Made by a program: the position numbers and the translations under genes. From an uncultured Pseudomonadota bacterium (GTDB lineage: Bacteria; SAR324; NAC60-12): a stretch of 31,187 nt of DNA. This document shows positions 20,488 through 28,959 of this stretch, one piece after another (positions within the stretch are counted from its first letter, which is position 1; the number at the start of each line of letters is the position of its first letter). The stretch spans positions 1 to 31,187 of the forward strand of contig CAJWCD010000023.1 in assembly GCA_913020725.1 (NCBI GenBank), read 5' to 3'. Under the pieces are notes generated by a model. It did no database searches. It had not been told where the DNA came from and saw only the letters and a program-made list of their open reading frames with translations.

Positions 20488-22017
20488 ATGAATCCTGAAG
20501 GCCAGACCATCCGCAGCCTGATTGATCACTATGCCGAAATCTCACCAAATCGGCAGTTCGTGGCCTTTCCAGAATCTGGAAATCGTTACACTTGGAGCGA
20601 ATTCCGGGAGCGGGTGCGAGCCGTGGCGAGTCGTCTTGTAGGCTTGGGATTGCCACCCGGTGCTCCGGTTTCCGGCTTGCACAGCAACGGACAAGCCGCA
20701 CTGGAGTTGTTTTTGGGTGGCATGTACGGTGGCTTTCAAGTGCTGCTGGCCAACCCGTTAGCAGGTCCGGATATTGTCGCCTATGTGCTGGATCATTCGG
20801 AAACGACCACGCTGTTTGTTGCACCTCAACACGAAAGCTTGACGCAGCAAGCACTGGCCCAGCTTTCCCAAAAGATTCGGGTGATTCCGGCGCATCCCAA
20901 CGATGGTCCAGATTGGGAGGCGATTCCCGCCGGAAAACTACCACTCGCGCCCCAACCGGATGACGCGGCCCTGCTGATCTACACTTCCGGAACCACGGGG
21001 CGACCCAAGGGGGTGATCCACACGCACGACAGCTTGGTTCACGGCGGTTGGAACACGGAAACCGCGCACGAACTGACTCCGGACGACCGCACCTTGTGCG
21101 TCTTGCCGCTTTGTCACATCAACGCGCAGGTGGTCTCGGTGATGGGGCCGCTGGTGAGCGGTTCCGGACTGGTGGTGCCGCACCGCTTTCAGGCATCGAA
21201 TTTCTGGTCGTGGATCGCTGAGGAACACTGCACATGGTTCAGCGCGGTGCCGACGATTCTTTCCTACCTGATGAACACGGAAGAAGCCCCGGAACTCAAG
21301 GCGCGTTTAGGACACATGCGTTTTGGACGTTCGGCCTCGGCCCCGCTGCCCCCGGCTTTGCACGAGGCGTTTGAGGCGTGCTTCGGACTCAGCATCGTCG
21401 AGACGATGGGCATTACGGAAACGGCGGCTCCGCTGCTTTCCAATCCGCTCGATCCTGCCAAACACAAGCTCGGCTCGTCCGGAATCGCTTACGGCAACGA
21501 GGTGCGGATTGCCGATGGCAAGGGCAAAGTCGCGGCAGTCGGAGAAGAACGTGAAATTCAGGTGCGGGGACGCAATGTGATGCGCGGCTACCTCAAGAAT
21601 CCGGATGCCACCCGCGAGGCCTTCACTCCGGATGGCTGGTACCGCACGGGCGACCTTGGCACCATGGATGCGGACGGCTACGTTTTCGTCACCGGACGCC
21701 TCAAGGAACTTATCATCAAGGGTGGCGAAAACATCGCACCTCGCGAAATTGACGATGTCCTCTACCGTCACAAGAGCGTGTTGGAAGCCGCCGCCTTCCC
21801 GCTTCCGGACGTTCACTACGGGCAGACTGTGGCCGCTGCCATCGCCCCGCGTCCGGGCGAGGAGGTCACAGAGTCGGCACTCCGGGAATTGTGCCGCGAA
21901 GCAATGGGCGACTACCGTGCCCCTTCGCGTTATTTCTTCCTCGACGAACTCCCCAAAGGCCCCTCCGGCAAAATCCAGCGTCTCAAACTCGCCGAGCGTT
22001 TTGCAGACTCGGTGTGA
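20488..22017 (+). CDS. sauT: AMP-forming acyl-CoA synthetase, sulfoacetate--CoA ligase-like
   Basis: YTSGTTGRPKG, RSASAP, ETMGITE, YRTGDLG, GRLKELIIKGGENIAP, LPKGPSGKIQR. The specific name rests on gene context. Confidence 0.65.
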   Translation: MNPEGQTIRSLIDHYAEISPNRQFVAFPESGNRYTWSEFRERVRAVASRLVGLGLPPGAPVSGLHSNGQAALELFLGGMYGGFQVLLANPLAGPDIVAYVLDHSETTTLFVAPQHESLTQQALAQLSQKIRVIPAHPNDGPDWEAIPAGKLPLAPQPDDAALLIYTSGTTGRPKGVIHTHDSLVHGGWNTETAHELTPDDRTLCVLPLCHINAQVVSVMGPLVSGSGLVVPHRFQASNFWSWIAEEHCTWFSAVPTILSYLMNTEEAPELKARLGHMRFGRSASAPLPPALHEAFEACFGLSIVETMGITETAAPLLSNPLDPAKHKLGSSGIAYGNEVRIADGKGKVAAVGEEREIQVRGRNVMRGYLKNPDATREAFTPDGWYRTGDLGTMDADGYVFVTGRLKELIIKGGENIAPREIDDVLYRHKSVLEAAAFPLPDVHYGQTVAAAIAPRPGEEVTESALRELCREAMGDYRAPSRYFFLDELPKGPSGKIQRLKLAERFADSV

Positions 22018-22029
22018 CCTTCGAGTGCT

Positions 22030-23367
22030 TCAGGCGCGGTGGTAGTGACTCTTGGCCCGCATAGCGCCAAACAACAGGAGTAGATTCAGTGCGGCAGAAA
22101 CCCATGCAGCGGCGTGGTAGTTTCCAGTGAAGTGTTTGGAGGCACCAAAGAGAGCTGGGCCAATCGCGCTTGCAAACACCTGACAACTCATGAACAATCC
22201 GCTGATGGCGCCCAAATGCTTGCGTCCGAAAAAGCGGGGCCACGCCACCACAGACAAGCATCCCCACACACCACCCTGGATGCCAAAACAGACGATGACA
22301 AGCGTTCGTGGCCAGAAACTCCCAAATGCCAGCAGTCCTAAACAACCGATTCCAAGTGCAGAGACCAGCACCATCAACTGGTATTTCAAAGGCATGCGGT
22401 CACTGGCCCAACCGGCCACAAAGTGGCTGATCACACTAACCGCTGACATCGGCAGAAAAATGGCATAAGCATCCATCCGGCTCAATCCGGAGGTGAGGCC
22501 GATGGAGCCAATATGGAAAGTGAATCCGGTGACGATCAAAGACGAGGAGCAGATTCCCAGGCAGAAAATCCAGAAATTGTAGGTGCGACGGGCTTCAGCA
22601 AGAGTCACCTCCCGTTCAGGGGTTGTGGCGTGTTCCGAGGCGATTACCTTTGTGTGTCCATCCATCAACAAACCGCACTCTTCCGGACGATCCCGGAACA
22701 GCAACCACCCCAGCAACGCCATACCGAATCCACAAACTACGGACATGAGCAGTATGGTTTCCACATTCCCAAAGCGGTTGATGAGGCCGTTCATTGCCAG
22801 TGGCGCCCCGGAAAATCCAAAGGCCGCAAAAATTCCGCTGATACCCGTCACCAATCCTCGTTTCGTGTCAAACCACTTGGCCATGGTGTTGCGGCTGACC
22901 ATCGCCATGATGCCTTGTCCAAACTGCCGCAACAGCAGAAACACAAAGGTCATCACCACCAATCCCGCCATGCTGGCAGGAAGAAATTTTGGTAGCAAGG
23001 GATGCAGGGAATTGATCAGAATTATGGCCTGAGCAAACAACAGGAGCGCGACCCCCAGCCCAATTCCTGTCGCCACAATCATAACTCGGGCGCCCAAGCG
23101 GTCATAAAGCTTTCCGGCAAAAGGCAGGGTGAGGCTGCTGAGGATTGTGCCCATCATGTAGGCCAAACTCAGTTCAATCCGGCTCAGTCCAGTTCCGGAA
23201 ATCAGGTATTCGCTGAAGACCCCGACACCCATCGTCTGCCCCGGAATGCTGGCGAGCATCCCGATGGTGCAAGCAAAGACCACCACCCAACCATAGAAGA
23301 CTGGGCTTTTGCGCGGAGCAAATGGAAAATTTGGATCGTTGAGTCGCAGAATGCGGCGAGAGATCAA
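22030..23367 (-). CDS. Major facilitator superfamily transporter
   Basis: About 12 hydrophobic segments, motif-A-like GKLYDRLGAR and GWASDR. TTGA overlap with the upstream dioxygenase stop. Confidence 0.9.
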   Translation of the reverse strand: MISRRILRLNDPNFPFAPRKSPVFYGWVVVFACTIGMLASIPGQTMGVGVFSEYLISGTGLSRIELSLAYMMGTILSSLTLPFAGKLYDRLGARVMIVATGIGLGVALLLFAQAIILINSLHPLLPKFLPASMAGLVVMTFVFLLLRQFGQGIMAMVSRNTMAKWFDTKRGLVTGISGIFAAFGFSGAPLAMNGLINRFGNVETILLMSVVCGFGMALLGWLLFRDRPEECGLLMDGHTKVIASEHATTPEREVTLAEARRTYNFWIFCLGICSSSLIVTGFTFHIGSIGLTSGLSRMDAYAIFLPMSAVSVISHFVAGWASDRMPLKYQLMVLVSALGIGCLGLLAFGSFWPRTLVIVCFGIQGGVWGCLSVVAWPRFFGRKHLGAISGLFMSCQVFASAIGPALFGASKHFTGNYHAAAWVSAALNLLLLFGAMRAKSHYHRA

Positions 23368-24260
23368 GAAGCGGGGATCCCGTCTTCTTCAGCTTGGGCG
23401 GCGAAGATGGAGGTGTAGCCACCAGACCAATCTGGAGGCAGCAGGCAAGGGCGCGGATCATGGTCAATCCAACGAGCGGGGTGCCCCCGGATCAGTTCTC
23501 CGTTATGCGAGGAGGGGTCGGGATGCGGTGTGTAAGGCTTCGCGTCTGCCGCGTTGAATACGTTGAGCAACAACGGACGCAGCGCTGTGGATTTGCTTGG
23601 CAAGGAAGAGTGAACGGTGCGGCAGTTGTGAATCGTGAGGGTTCCCGCTGGACCCGTCAGGTATCGCGCAGAATCGACATCAAGCTTGTCAATGTCGGCA
23701 GGCTTGAGATGTCCCACCCATCCACCGTCGTCATTGTAGAGGTCGTAGAGCGGCCCCTCGTGGCTTTTGGGCAATGCGGCCACCGCGCCATCGTCCAAGC
23801 CCGTGTCTTCCAGAAACACTCCGATGGTTAGGGAACTGTAATTGGTGTGGGGATAGAACTGGATGTCCTGATGCCACTGCACCTCGTCGCTGCCGTCGTT
23901 CCACTTGAAGTTGAGCTTGGAGTGGTGAAACACCACGTCCGGACCGACCAAGTCTGCCGCCGCATCTGCAATCGTTCCCTGAGCAAATTGCCAGTACGCA
24001 TCGTGCTGTTCGTCAGGACGCTTGATGCGGCGTATTTTGGGAGCGTCACTGGAGTGAATTGGAGCTAAATCGAAGGTGTCCCCAGGCAAGGATTCCTCAC
24101 GACTGCGCTCAATGAATGCCTGTGTGGTTGCGCGTAAGTGTTGCAGTTTAGCTTCCGGAATGAGCCCTTCCACACACAGGTAGCCCTGTTCAAAGTAGGC
24201 TTCCCGCTGGGCTTGAGTGAGAACTCGCGGTGGGTGGGACAGCACCTGTTCAACATTCAT
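23364..24260 (-). CDS. Fe(II)/2-oxoglutarate dioxygenase, PhyH family
   Basis: YFEQGYL, SKLNFK, WHQD (HxD), distal His in RTVHSS, conserved Arg in LRPLL. AAGGA RBS before ATG 24260. Confidence 0.9.
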   Translation of the reverse strand: MNVEQVLSHPPRVLTQAQREAYFEQGYLCVEGLIPEAKLQHLRATTQAFIERSREESLPGDTFDLAPIHSSDAPKIRRIKRPDEQHDAYWQFAQGTIADAAADLVGPDVVFHHSKLNFKWNDGSDEVQWHQDIQFYPHTNYSSLTIGVFLEDTGLDDGAVAALPKSHEGPLYDLYNDDGGWVGHLKPADIDKLDVDSARYLTGPAGTLTIHNCRTVHSSLPSKSTALRPLLLNVFNAADAKPYTPHPDPSSHNGELIRGHPARWIDHDPRPCLLPPDWSGGYTSIFAAQAEEDGIPAS

Positions 24261-24425
24261 GGTATTCCTTCGTGAGGACAAGGCGACCGTGCAAAAAAAG
24301 AACAGCAGGACACATGCCGCCCTAAATCTGCAATGGTCTGTTGCAATCCATAAAATTGTAGTGGGTCCGGAAGCACAATCAAGTTGGGAGTCGAGCAGGC
24401 TTCACACGCATCAGGGTTTTTGGCC

Positions 24426-24562
24426 AGTCAACGAAGGCAGCAGAACCCTACAGTTCCGGGAGGGCACTTCGGCTGCTTTGTCGAAAAGCTTTCACAATCG
24501 CGCAAATTCCGGTACAAATTTAAGTGTTACAATGAACTCCAACGGAAAGGAAACCATGCCGA
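24426..24562 (+). repeat. 137-bp direct repeat, copy 1 (leader + RBS + ATG)
   Basis: Aligns without gaps to 25702-25838 with 11 mismatches by manual count. Ends in GAAAGGAAACCATGCCGA. Confidence 0.95.
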
Positions 24563-24719
24563 AGGTGCGGCTGAGGTCCCGCAGTCGCGGCAGTGATGGA
24601 CTTGGCTGGTCCGGGTCATCGCTAATCTCCTTTGAAAGGTTACGGTTTCACCTTTGGAGGATATCGTGTCATTTAATAATGCGCACTACCATCTTGCTAT
24701 AAACAATAAAGGAGGAGAG

Positions 24720-24944
24720 ATGCAACCAATTATAATTTTAATGAATTTCAGCTATGCCATTGGAGGCGGGCTGATCACGCTGCTCTTTATGTATTTTGGT
24801 TACAAGTGGCTGGATCACTTGACCCCATTTGACACTGGCGAAGAACTAAGCAAGGGTAATCTCGCGGTGGGGCATGTTGTTGGTAGTATTTTCATTGGCA
24901 TTGGCGTGGCAATCGGACTGGTGATTGGTTTAGGATTAAATTGA
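24720..24944 (+). CDS. Small membrane protein, DUF350-like
   Basis: Strong AAAGGAGGAG RBS. Two hydrophobic helices flank DHLTPFDTGEELSKGNLAVG. Confidence 0.75.
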   Translation: MQPIIILMNFSYAIGGGLITLLFMYFGYKWLDHLTPFDTGEELSKGNLAVGHVVGSIFIGIGVAIGLVIGLGLN

Positions 24945-25573
24945 TGTTGAGGAAGGCTATTATATTGGTAGTTCTTTTCAGCTTTCATCTTCCACTGTTA
25001 GCTGAAGAAATGCCAGAAGTCACCGATCGTCATTGGACTCGAAAATATGATTCTTATTTTCGTAAGTATTCTAAACGTTTTTTCGGGCCTGCTTTTGATT
25101 GGCACTGGTTCAAAGCACAAGGCATTGCAGAGTCTGGACTTCAAAAAAATGCTCGAAGCTGGACAAACGCAAAAGGTGTCATGCAGTTGATGCCGCGTAC
25201 CTTTGCAGAATTGAAGAAAAAGAATCCTGAACTCAGCAATGTGATGGAGCCAAGGTGGAATATTGCTGCAGGGGTTTATTATGATTCCTCCATCTTTTCA
25301 AAATGGCAGGAAGATCGTACTTTTCTTGATCGCATGCGCTTCATGTTTGGAAGTTACAATGCCGGATTCCGAACAATCTTAAGAGCGCAAAGGTTGAGCA
25401 GAAAAAAAGGGTTTGATGGCAGGGATTGGGAAAGTATTAAAAAAATAGCCCCGGATGTGACAAGGTGGCGCCACCAAGAGACATTGGGTTACATCAATAA
25501 GATTGAAATCCTGATGGGAGATGCTGCACAGCCGCAAGAAGATTGGTGGTCATGGATTTTGAGAAAGCAGTGA
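24944..25573 (+). CDS. Exported SLT-domain lytic transglycosylase (MltF-like catalytic domain only)
   Basis: Signal peptide, AQGIAESG (catalytic Glu), KGVMQLMP, NIAAGVYY, SYNAG, QETLGY. TGATG overlap with the upstream gene. Confidence 0.88.
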   Translation: MLRKAIILVVLFSFHLPLLAEEMPEVTDRHWTRKYDSYFRKYSKRFFGPAFDWHWFKAQGIAESGLQKNARSWTNAKGVMQLMPRTFAELKKKNPELSNVMEPRWNIAAGVYYDSSIFSKWQEDRTFLDRMRFMFGSYNAGFRTILRAQRLSRKKGFDGRDWESIKKIAPDVTRWRHQETLGYINKIEILMGDAAQPQEDWWSWILRKQ

Positions 25574-25701
25574 ATACACAGCGGCAGTTAGTTTTAATGA
25601 TGGTAATGGCATAGAATTAAATGAAATTCTCTGGAGGTAATCCTCCTTAATGCACCTGTAAGCGTCCTCGATTTTTACTCTCACTACGTTAGTGTCAGTC
25701 A

Positions 25702-25838
25702 AGTCAACGAAAGCAACAGAACCCTGCAGTTCCGGGAGGGCACTTCGGTCGTTTTGCCGAAAAGCTTTAACAATCGCGCAAATTCCGGTACAAATTTAAG
25801 TGTCACAATGAACCCCAACCGAAAGGAAACCATGCCGA
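25702..25838 (+). repeat. 137-bp direct repeat, copy 2
   Basis: Matches copy 1. This copy supplies the RBS and ATG (25832) of the downstream gene. Confidence 0.95.
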
Positions 25839-26179
25839 TTGCGTCAAAATACCTACTTTTTGTTTCAATGGATGTCGAAGCAGACAAGCTCGCGCTGTTC
25901 CACGAAGTCTATAACGAGGAGCACATCCCCAATCTGCTGACGGTTCCGGGGGTCAACTCGGTTGCACGGGTTGAAGGTGAGGATTTCGCCGTCAGCATTG
26001 GCGGCGAGCGTAAGGAGATTGCTCACAGCGGGCCGACCTACACCGCGATTTACGAACTAGACGACCCGTCTGTGCTCACAAGCGCAGCATGGGCGACGGC
26101 CGTGGAATTGGGCCGTTGGGCCGCCGAAGTGCGCCCCTACACCTCCAACCGCCGTCACACCCTGCACAAAGTCAGCTGA
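25832..26179 (+). CDS. Small protein, probable dimeric alpha/beta-barrel (EthD/DUF4286-like)
   Basis: FHEVYNEEHIPNLLTVPGV and YTAIYELD patterns. GAAAGGA RBS. Confidence 0.7.
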   Translation: MPIASKYLLFVSMDVEADKLALFHEVYNEEHIPNLLTVPGVNSVARVEGEDFAVSIGGERKEIAHSGPTYTAIYELDDPSVLTSAAWATAVELGRWAAEVRPYTSNRRHTLHKVS

Positions 26180-26197
26180 CCAATTTTCAAACCTATC

Positions 26198-26515
26198 ATG
26201 AGTTACGTCGTTCACGTCACTGCGGTGGTCGAAGGAGACACCGATCAGATCGAAGTCCTGATGAATGAATACCGCTACAACTGTCTGGCGAACCAACCCG
26301 GTATGGAGCAGTTTTTCATTTGTCGGCATTTGGAGCAGGACAATGTGTTCCTCTACACCCAAATTTTCAAGGATGCCGAAGCGCACAAGGCACACATGGA
26401 GGGAGGCGACCCGCAGTGGTTTTTTGGACAGATGGAGGAGAGCAGCTTCCGTTTTCAGGGCCGTTGGGTCGCAGGTCAGGAAATTGACTCGTCAGCAGGG
26501 CAAATCTTGAACTGA
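26198..26515 (+). CDS. Antibiotic-biosynthesis-monooxygenase (ABM)-like protein
   Basis: 105 aa with NQPGM...FLYTQIFKDAEAHKAH. The usual Glu-x-Trp is replaced by QIF, so it is divergent. Confidence 0.65.
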   Translation: MSYVVHVTAVVEGDTDQIEVLMNEYRYNCLANQPGMEQFFICRHLEQDNVFLYTQIFKDAEAHKAHMEGGDPQWFFGQMEESSFRFQGRWVAGQEIDSSAGQILN

Positions 26516-26533
26516 TGTCAGGCTACGGCGCCC

Positions 26534-27292
26534 TCAACTCACCGCCAAGTAATCCTGCTTGGGAATCCGGACAAAGCCTGCAAGGCCAAGGGCTTCACGG
26601 GTCAAGGCATCCAGTGCCGCGATGCCCTCCGCAACCGCCTCGGCCAGCATTTCAGCATCCTTCCCCAGCGCCGTGATCAATGGCAACCCCGGCGTCGGTT
26701 CCGTTTTTCCAACGATCCGGAGTTTCCCAACCTCCAGCTCAAATTTTTCGGCCAAACGCCAACTCACAGCGTCAATCGCGGCAAGGTCCGCCTCTCCATT
26801 TGCAACGGCACGAATCGAGCCCCGATGCCCTCCGGTTTTCAATTCCGCAGCAAAAAAACATCCGTTGTTCAGCAATGGGGCCAGCATCCGTAGCGGTGCG
26901 GCGTAGCCCGATTCGGAATGGTGGGCATTGAACGCGAAGGTCGCTCCATGAAACGCCTCCAGTGAAGTGCGGAAATCCTTGGTGCGGACCACCAGCACAC
27001 TACAATAATAGCCGCTTGGACAGTCGGCCAGTGCGTAATCCGGAGTGCCAACCAACTCCACTTTTTCGTGCAACCCAAGGCGGTACGGCATCCCGCAAGT
27101 CTGGCTGAGCAGCAAATCTGGATGCACCCATTCCTCGCCCTTTGAGAAAGTGCGGTCCAACTGCTCCGGCGCGTTCAGTCCTTTGGTGCGGATGGCCTCA
27201 CGGAGTGCCTTCCAAAGCCGATCTGTTGACGGGCGCAATTCCGGCCAGTCGTACATGGGCAGCGTGGCGATGGCTTGCCCCACTCGTGTCAT
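26534..27292 (-). CDS. PhnD-like (phosphate/phosphonate-binding fold) protein without a signal peptide
   Basis: LPMYD, SQTCGMPY, YYCSVLVVR, AFNAHHSESGY, TGGHRGSIRAVANGEADLAAID, PGLPLIT. ATGA overlap with the TPR gene stop. Confidence 0.8.
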   Translation of the reverse strand: MTRVGQAIATLPMYDWPELRPSTDRLWKALREAIRTKGLNAPEQLDRTFSKGEEWVHPDLLLSQTCGMPYRLGLHEKVELVGTPDYALADCPSGYYCSVLVVRTKDFRTSLEAFHGATFAFNAHHSESGYAAPLRMLAPLLNNGCFFAAELKTGGHRGSIRAVANGEADLAAIDAVSWRLAEKFELEVGKLRIVGKTEPTPGLPLITALGKDAEMLAEAVAEGIAALDALTREALGLAGFVRIPKQDYLAVS

Positions 27293-28950
27293 ACCTGCGT
27301 TCGGCAGCAGCACGAGGCTGCAATCGTCACATCCGTGTCTTGCAGGGCACGGTTAAGTCGTTGCTGCATCGCTTTGGCTTGTTCTGATTTTCCTGTGCGC
27401 CGCAGGCATTCGACGTAGCCGTGCAGGCTCCAGACGTTGTCCGGATGCTGCGAGGGACGGCTGAGGGTGTCCTCCAAACCAAGATCGGCACGATAGACCT
27501 GTTCAGCCTCCTCAATCCGATCTTGCTCCAGCAACAGTGCCGCCAGTGCATGACGCGGCGGATGCATCCATGCCCAGGGTTCGGTGTAATACAGGTGGTC
27601 GTCCAGTTCTACAGCCGCTCGTAGGTGTCCAAACGCGGCCTCGAAATTTCCCTTTCGGTACTCCAACTCCCCCAGTAACATCTCTAAACCAACTGCTAAA
27701 ATGTCATCCGCTTGGTTGTTGAAGAACAGTCGATTTTCTGGAATCCTCCGCCGTGCTTGCTCGAAGCGCACCAACTCCGCCTCGGCTTCCACGATCTGTC
27801 CCAAGGCGGAGTGGGCAACCCCTTTCGCGTAGTGGTGCATCGCGGTGGAAACGCAATAGAGTTCTGGATCGGCAGGCATCGGGGCGTCAATGATGTCCTG
27901 CCAACGTCCGAACCGCACCAGAACGTGCATTTTCGTGGAGTAGTAGCCCTCCATCGTCACGGCCATGTGGGGCTTTTCGACCGCCAGCAATTCCGGGGTC
28001 AGAGTCGCCATCATGCCCTCAGCGGCCTTGAGCGCAGTTTGGTACTGCCCGGCGAACATGGCCGCATACATCATCATGTGAAAGTCATGGCAGCGGGAGG
28101 TCGTGTAGAAGTTGAACGGTCCTGCATAAGCGAGGTATTTGTTGTCTGAGGCAATGGCTTGCTCGCTGACCGCAATCGCCTCCGGATACTGTCCGCAAAT
28201 GGCATAGATGTGGGCGGGCATGTGCTGGAGGTGCCCTGCGTCCGGGCACACGTCAAACAGCGTGTTGGCGGAATCCAGGGCACGTTCCGGCGTGGGCGAC
28301 ATTTCCCAAACGTGGAGGTGGAGGTGGAGGAGTGCCGGATGCGGCGGCAGCTCGCGTTTTTCGACCAATGCTAACCCGCCTTCCAGAATGGCAATGATCT
28401 CTTTCGTATGGGCCTCCGGTGCAGCTTCACCCTTGTGGACATCCCACAGTTTCCACGGCGTGAGTGTCATCAGCGCTTCTGCACAAAACGCGACGACTTC
28501 CAAATCTTCCGGATACTGCGCGTAAACCCCGCGCATGGCCTCTGCATACGCCGCTTCCCAACGGCAAAATTCCTCCGGACTGACCACCTGATTAGATGGG
28601 AAACGCTGGGCAAGCGCCTGAATCAGCGCCTGCTCCACCGGAGTGACATGGCCGCAACGCCGCAACGCCTGTTGCACCGCAGCGTAGCAGGTGGGTACGG
28701 CTTCCTCAGCTTCTTGCTCGCTGAACCACTCCCACGGCATGTTGTAAAATGGGCCACTCGCAAAGGCAATTCCCCAGTAGGCTAGCGCACAATTCGGGTC
28801 GGCTTTTGTTGCTTTCCGGAAGCAGACCACCGCCTCTTCGTGGTTGAAACCAAAGCACCAGAGCAACCCTCGGTCAAACCACGCCTGCGCTTCCGGGGAG
28901 TTCGTTGTGATCGGACGGGAATGGCTTCCTAAATCAAAGTCGTAAGCCAC
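27289..28950 (-). CDS. Tetratricopeptide-repeat protein with His-rich motifs, function unknown
   Basis: AQAWFDRGL...GFNHEEA and CALAYWGIA TPR start. Also HLHLHVWE, GHLQHMPAHIY, HDFH, LYYTEPWAW and C-terminal SCCCR. Confidence 0.85.
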   Translation of the reverse strand: MAYDFDLGSHSRPITTNSPEAQAWFDRGLLWCFGFNHEEAVVCFRKATKADPNCALAYWGIAFASGPFYNMPWEWFSEQEAEEAVPTCYAAVQQALRRCGHVTPVEQALIQALAQRFPSNQVVSPEEFCRWEAAYAEAMRGVYAQYPEDLEVVAFCAEALMTLTPWKLWDVHKGEAAPEAHTKEIIAILEGGLALVEKRELPPHPALLHLHLHVWEMSPTPERALDSANTLFDVCPDAGHLQHMPAHIYAICGQYPEAIAVSEQAIASDNKYLAYAGPFNFYTTSRCHDFHMMMYAAMFAGQYQTALKAAEGMMATLTPELLAVEKPHMAVTMEGYYSTKMHVLVRFGRWQDIIDAPMPADPELYCVSTAMHHYAKGVAHSALGQIVEAEAELVRFEQARRRIPENRLFFNNQADDILAVGLEMLLGELEYRKGNFEAAFGHLRAAVELDDHLYYTEPWAWMHPPRHALAALLLEQDRIEEAEQVYRADLGLEDTLSRPSQHPDNVWSLHGYVECLRRTGKSEQAKAMQQRLNRALQDTDVTIAASCCCRTQV

Positions 28951-28959
28951 AAAATCTCT

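Noticed and set aside
23364..24260. Naming either PhyH dioxygenase phnY* or ectD
   Set aside because: No phnZ or ectABC partner is present and the motifs are not diagnostic.
24426..25838. Direct repeats as a CRISPR array or IS-generated duplication
   Set aside because: Only two 137-bp copies, with no spacers, cas genes, terminal inverted repeats or transposase.
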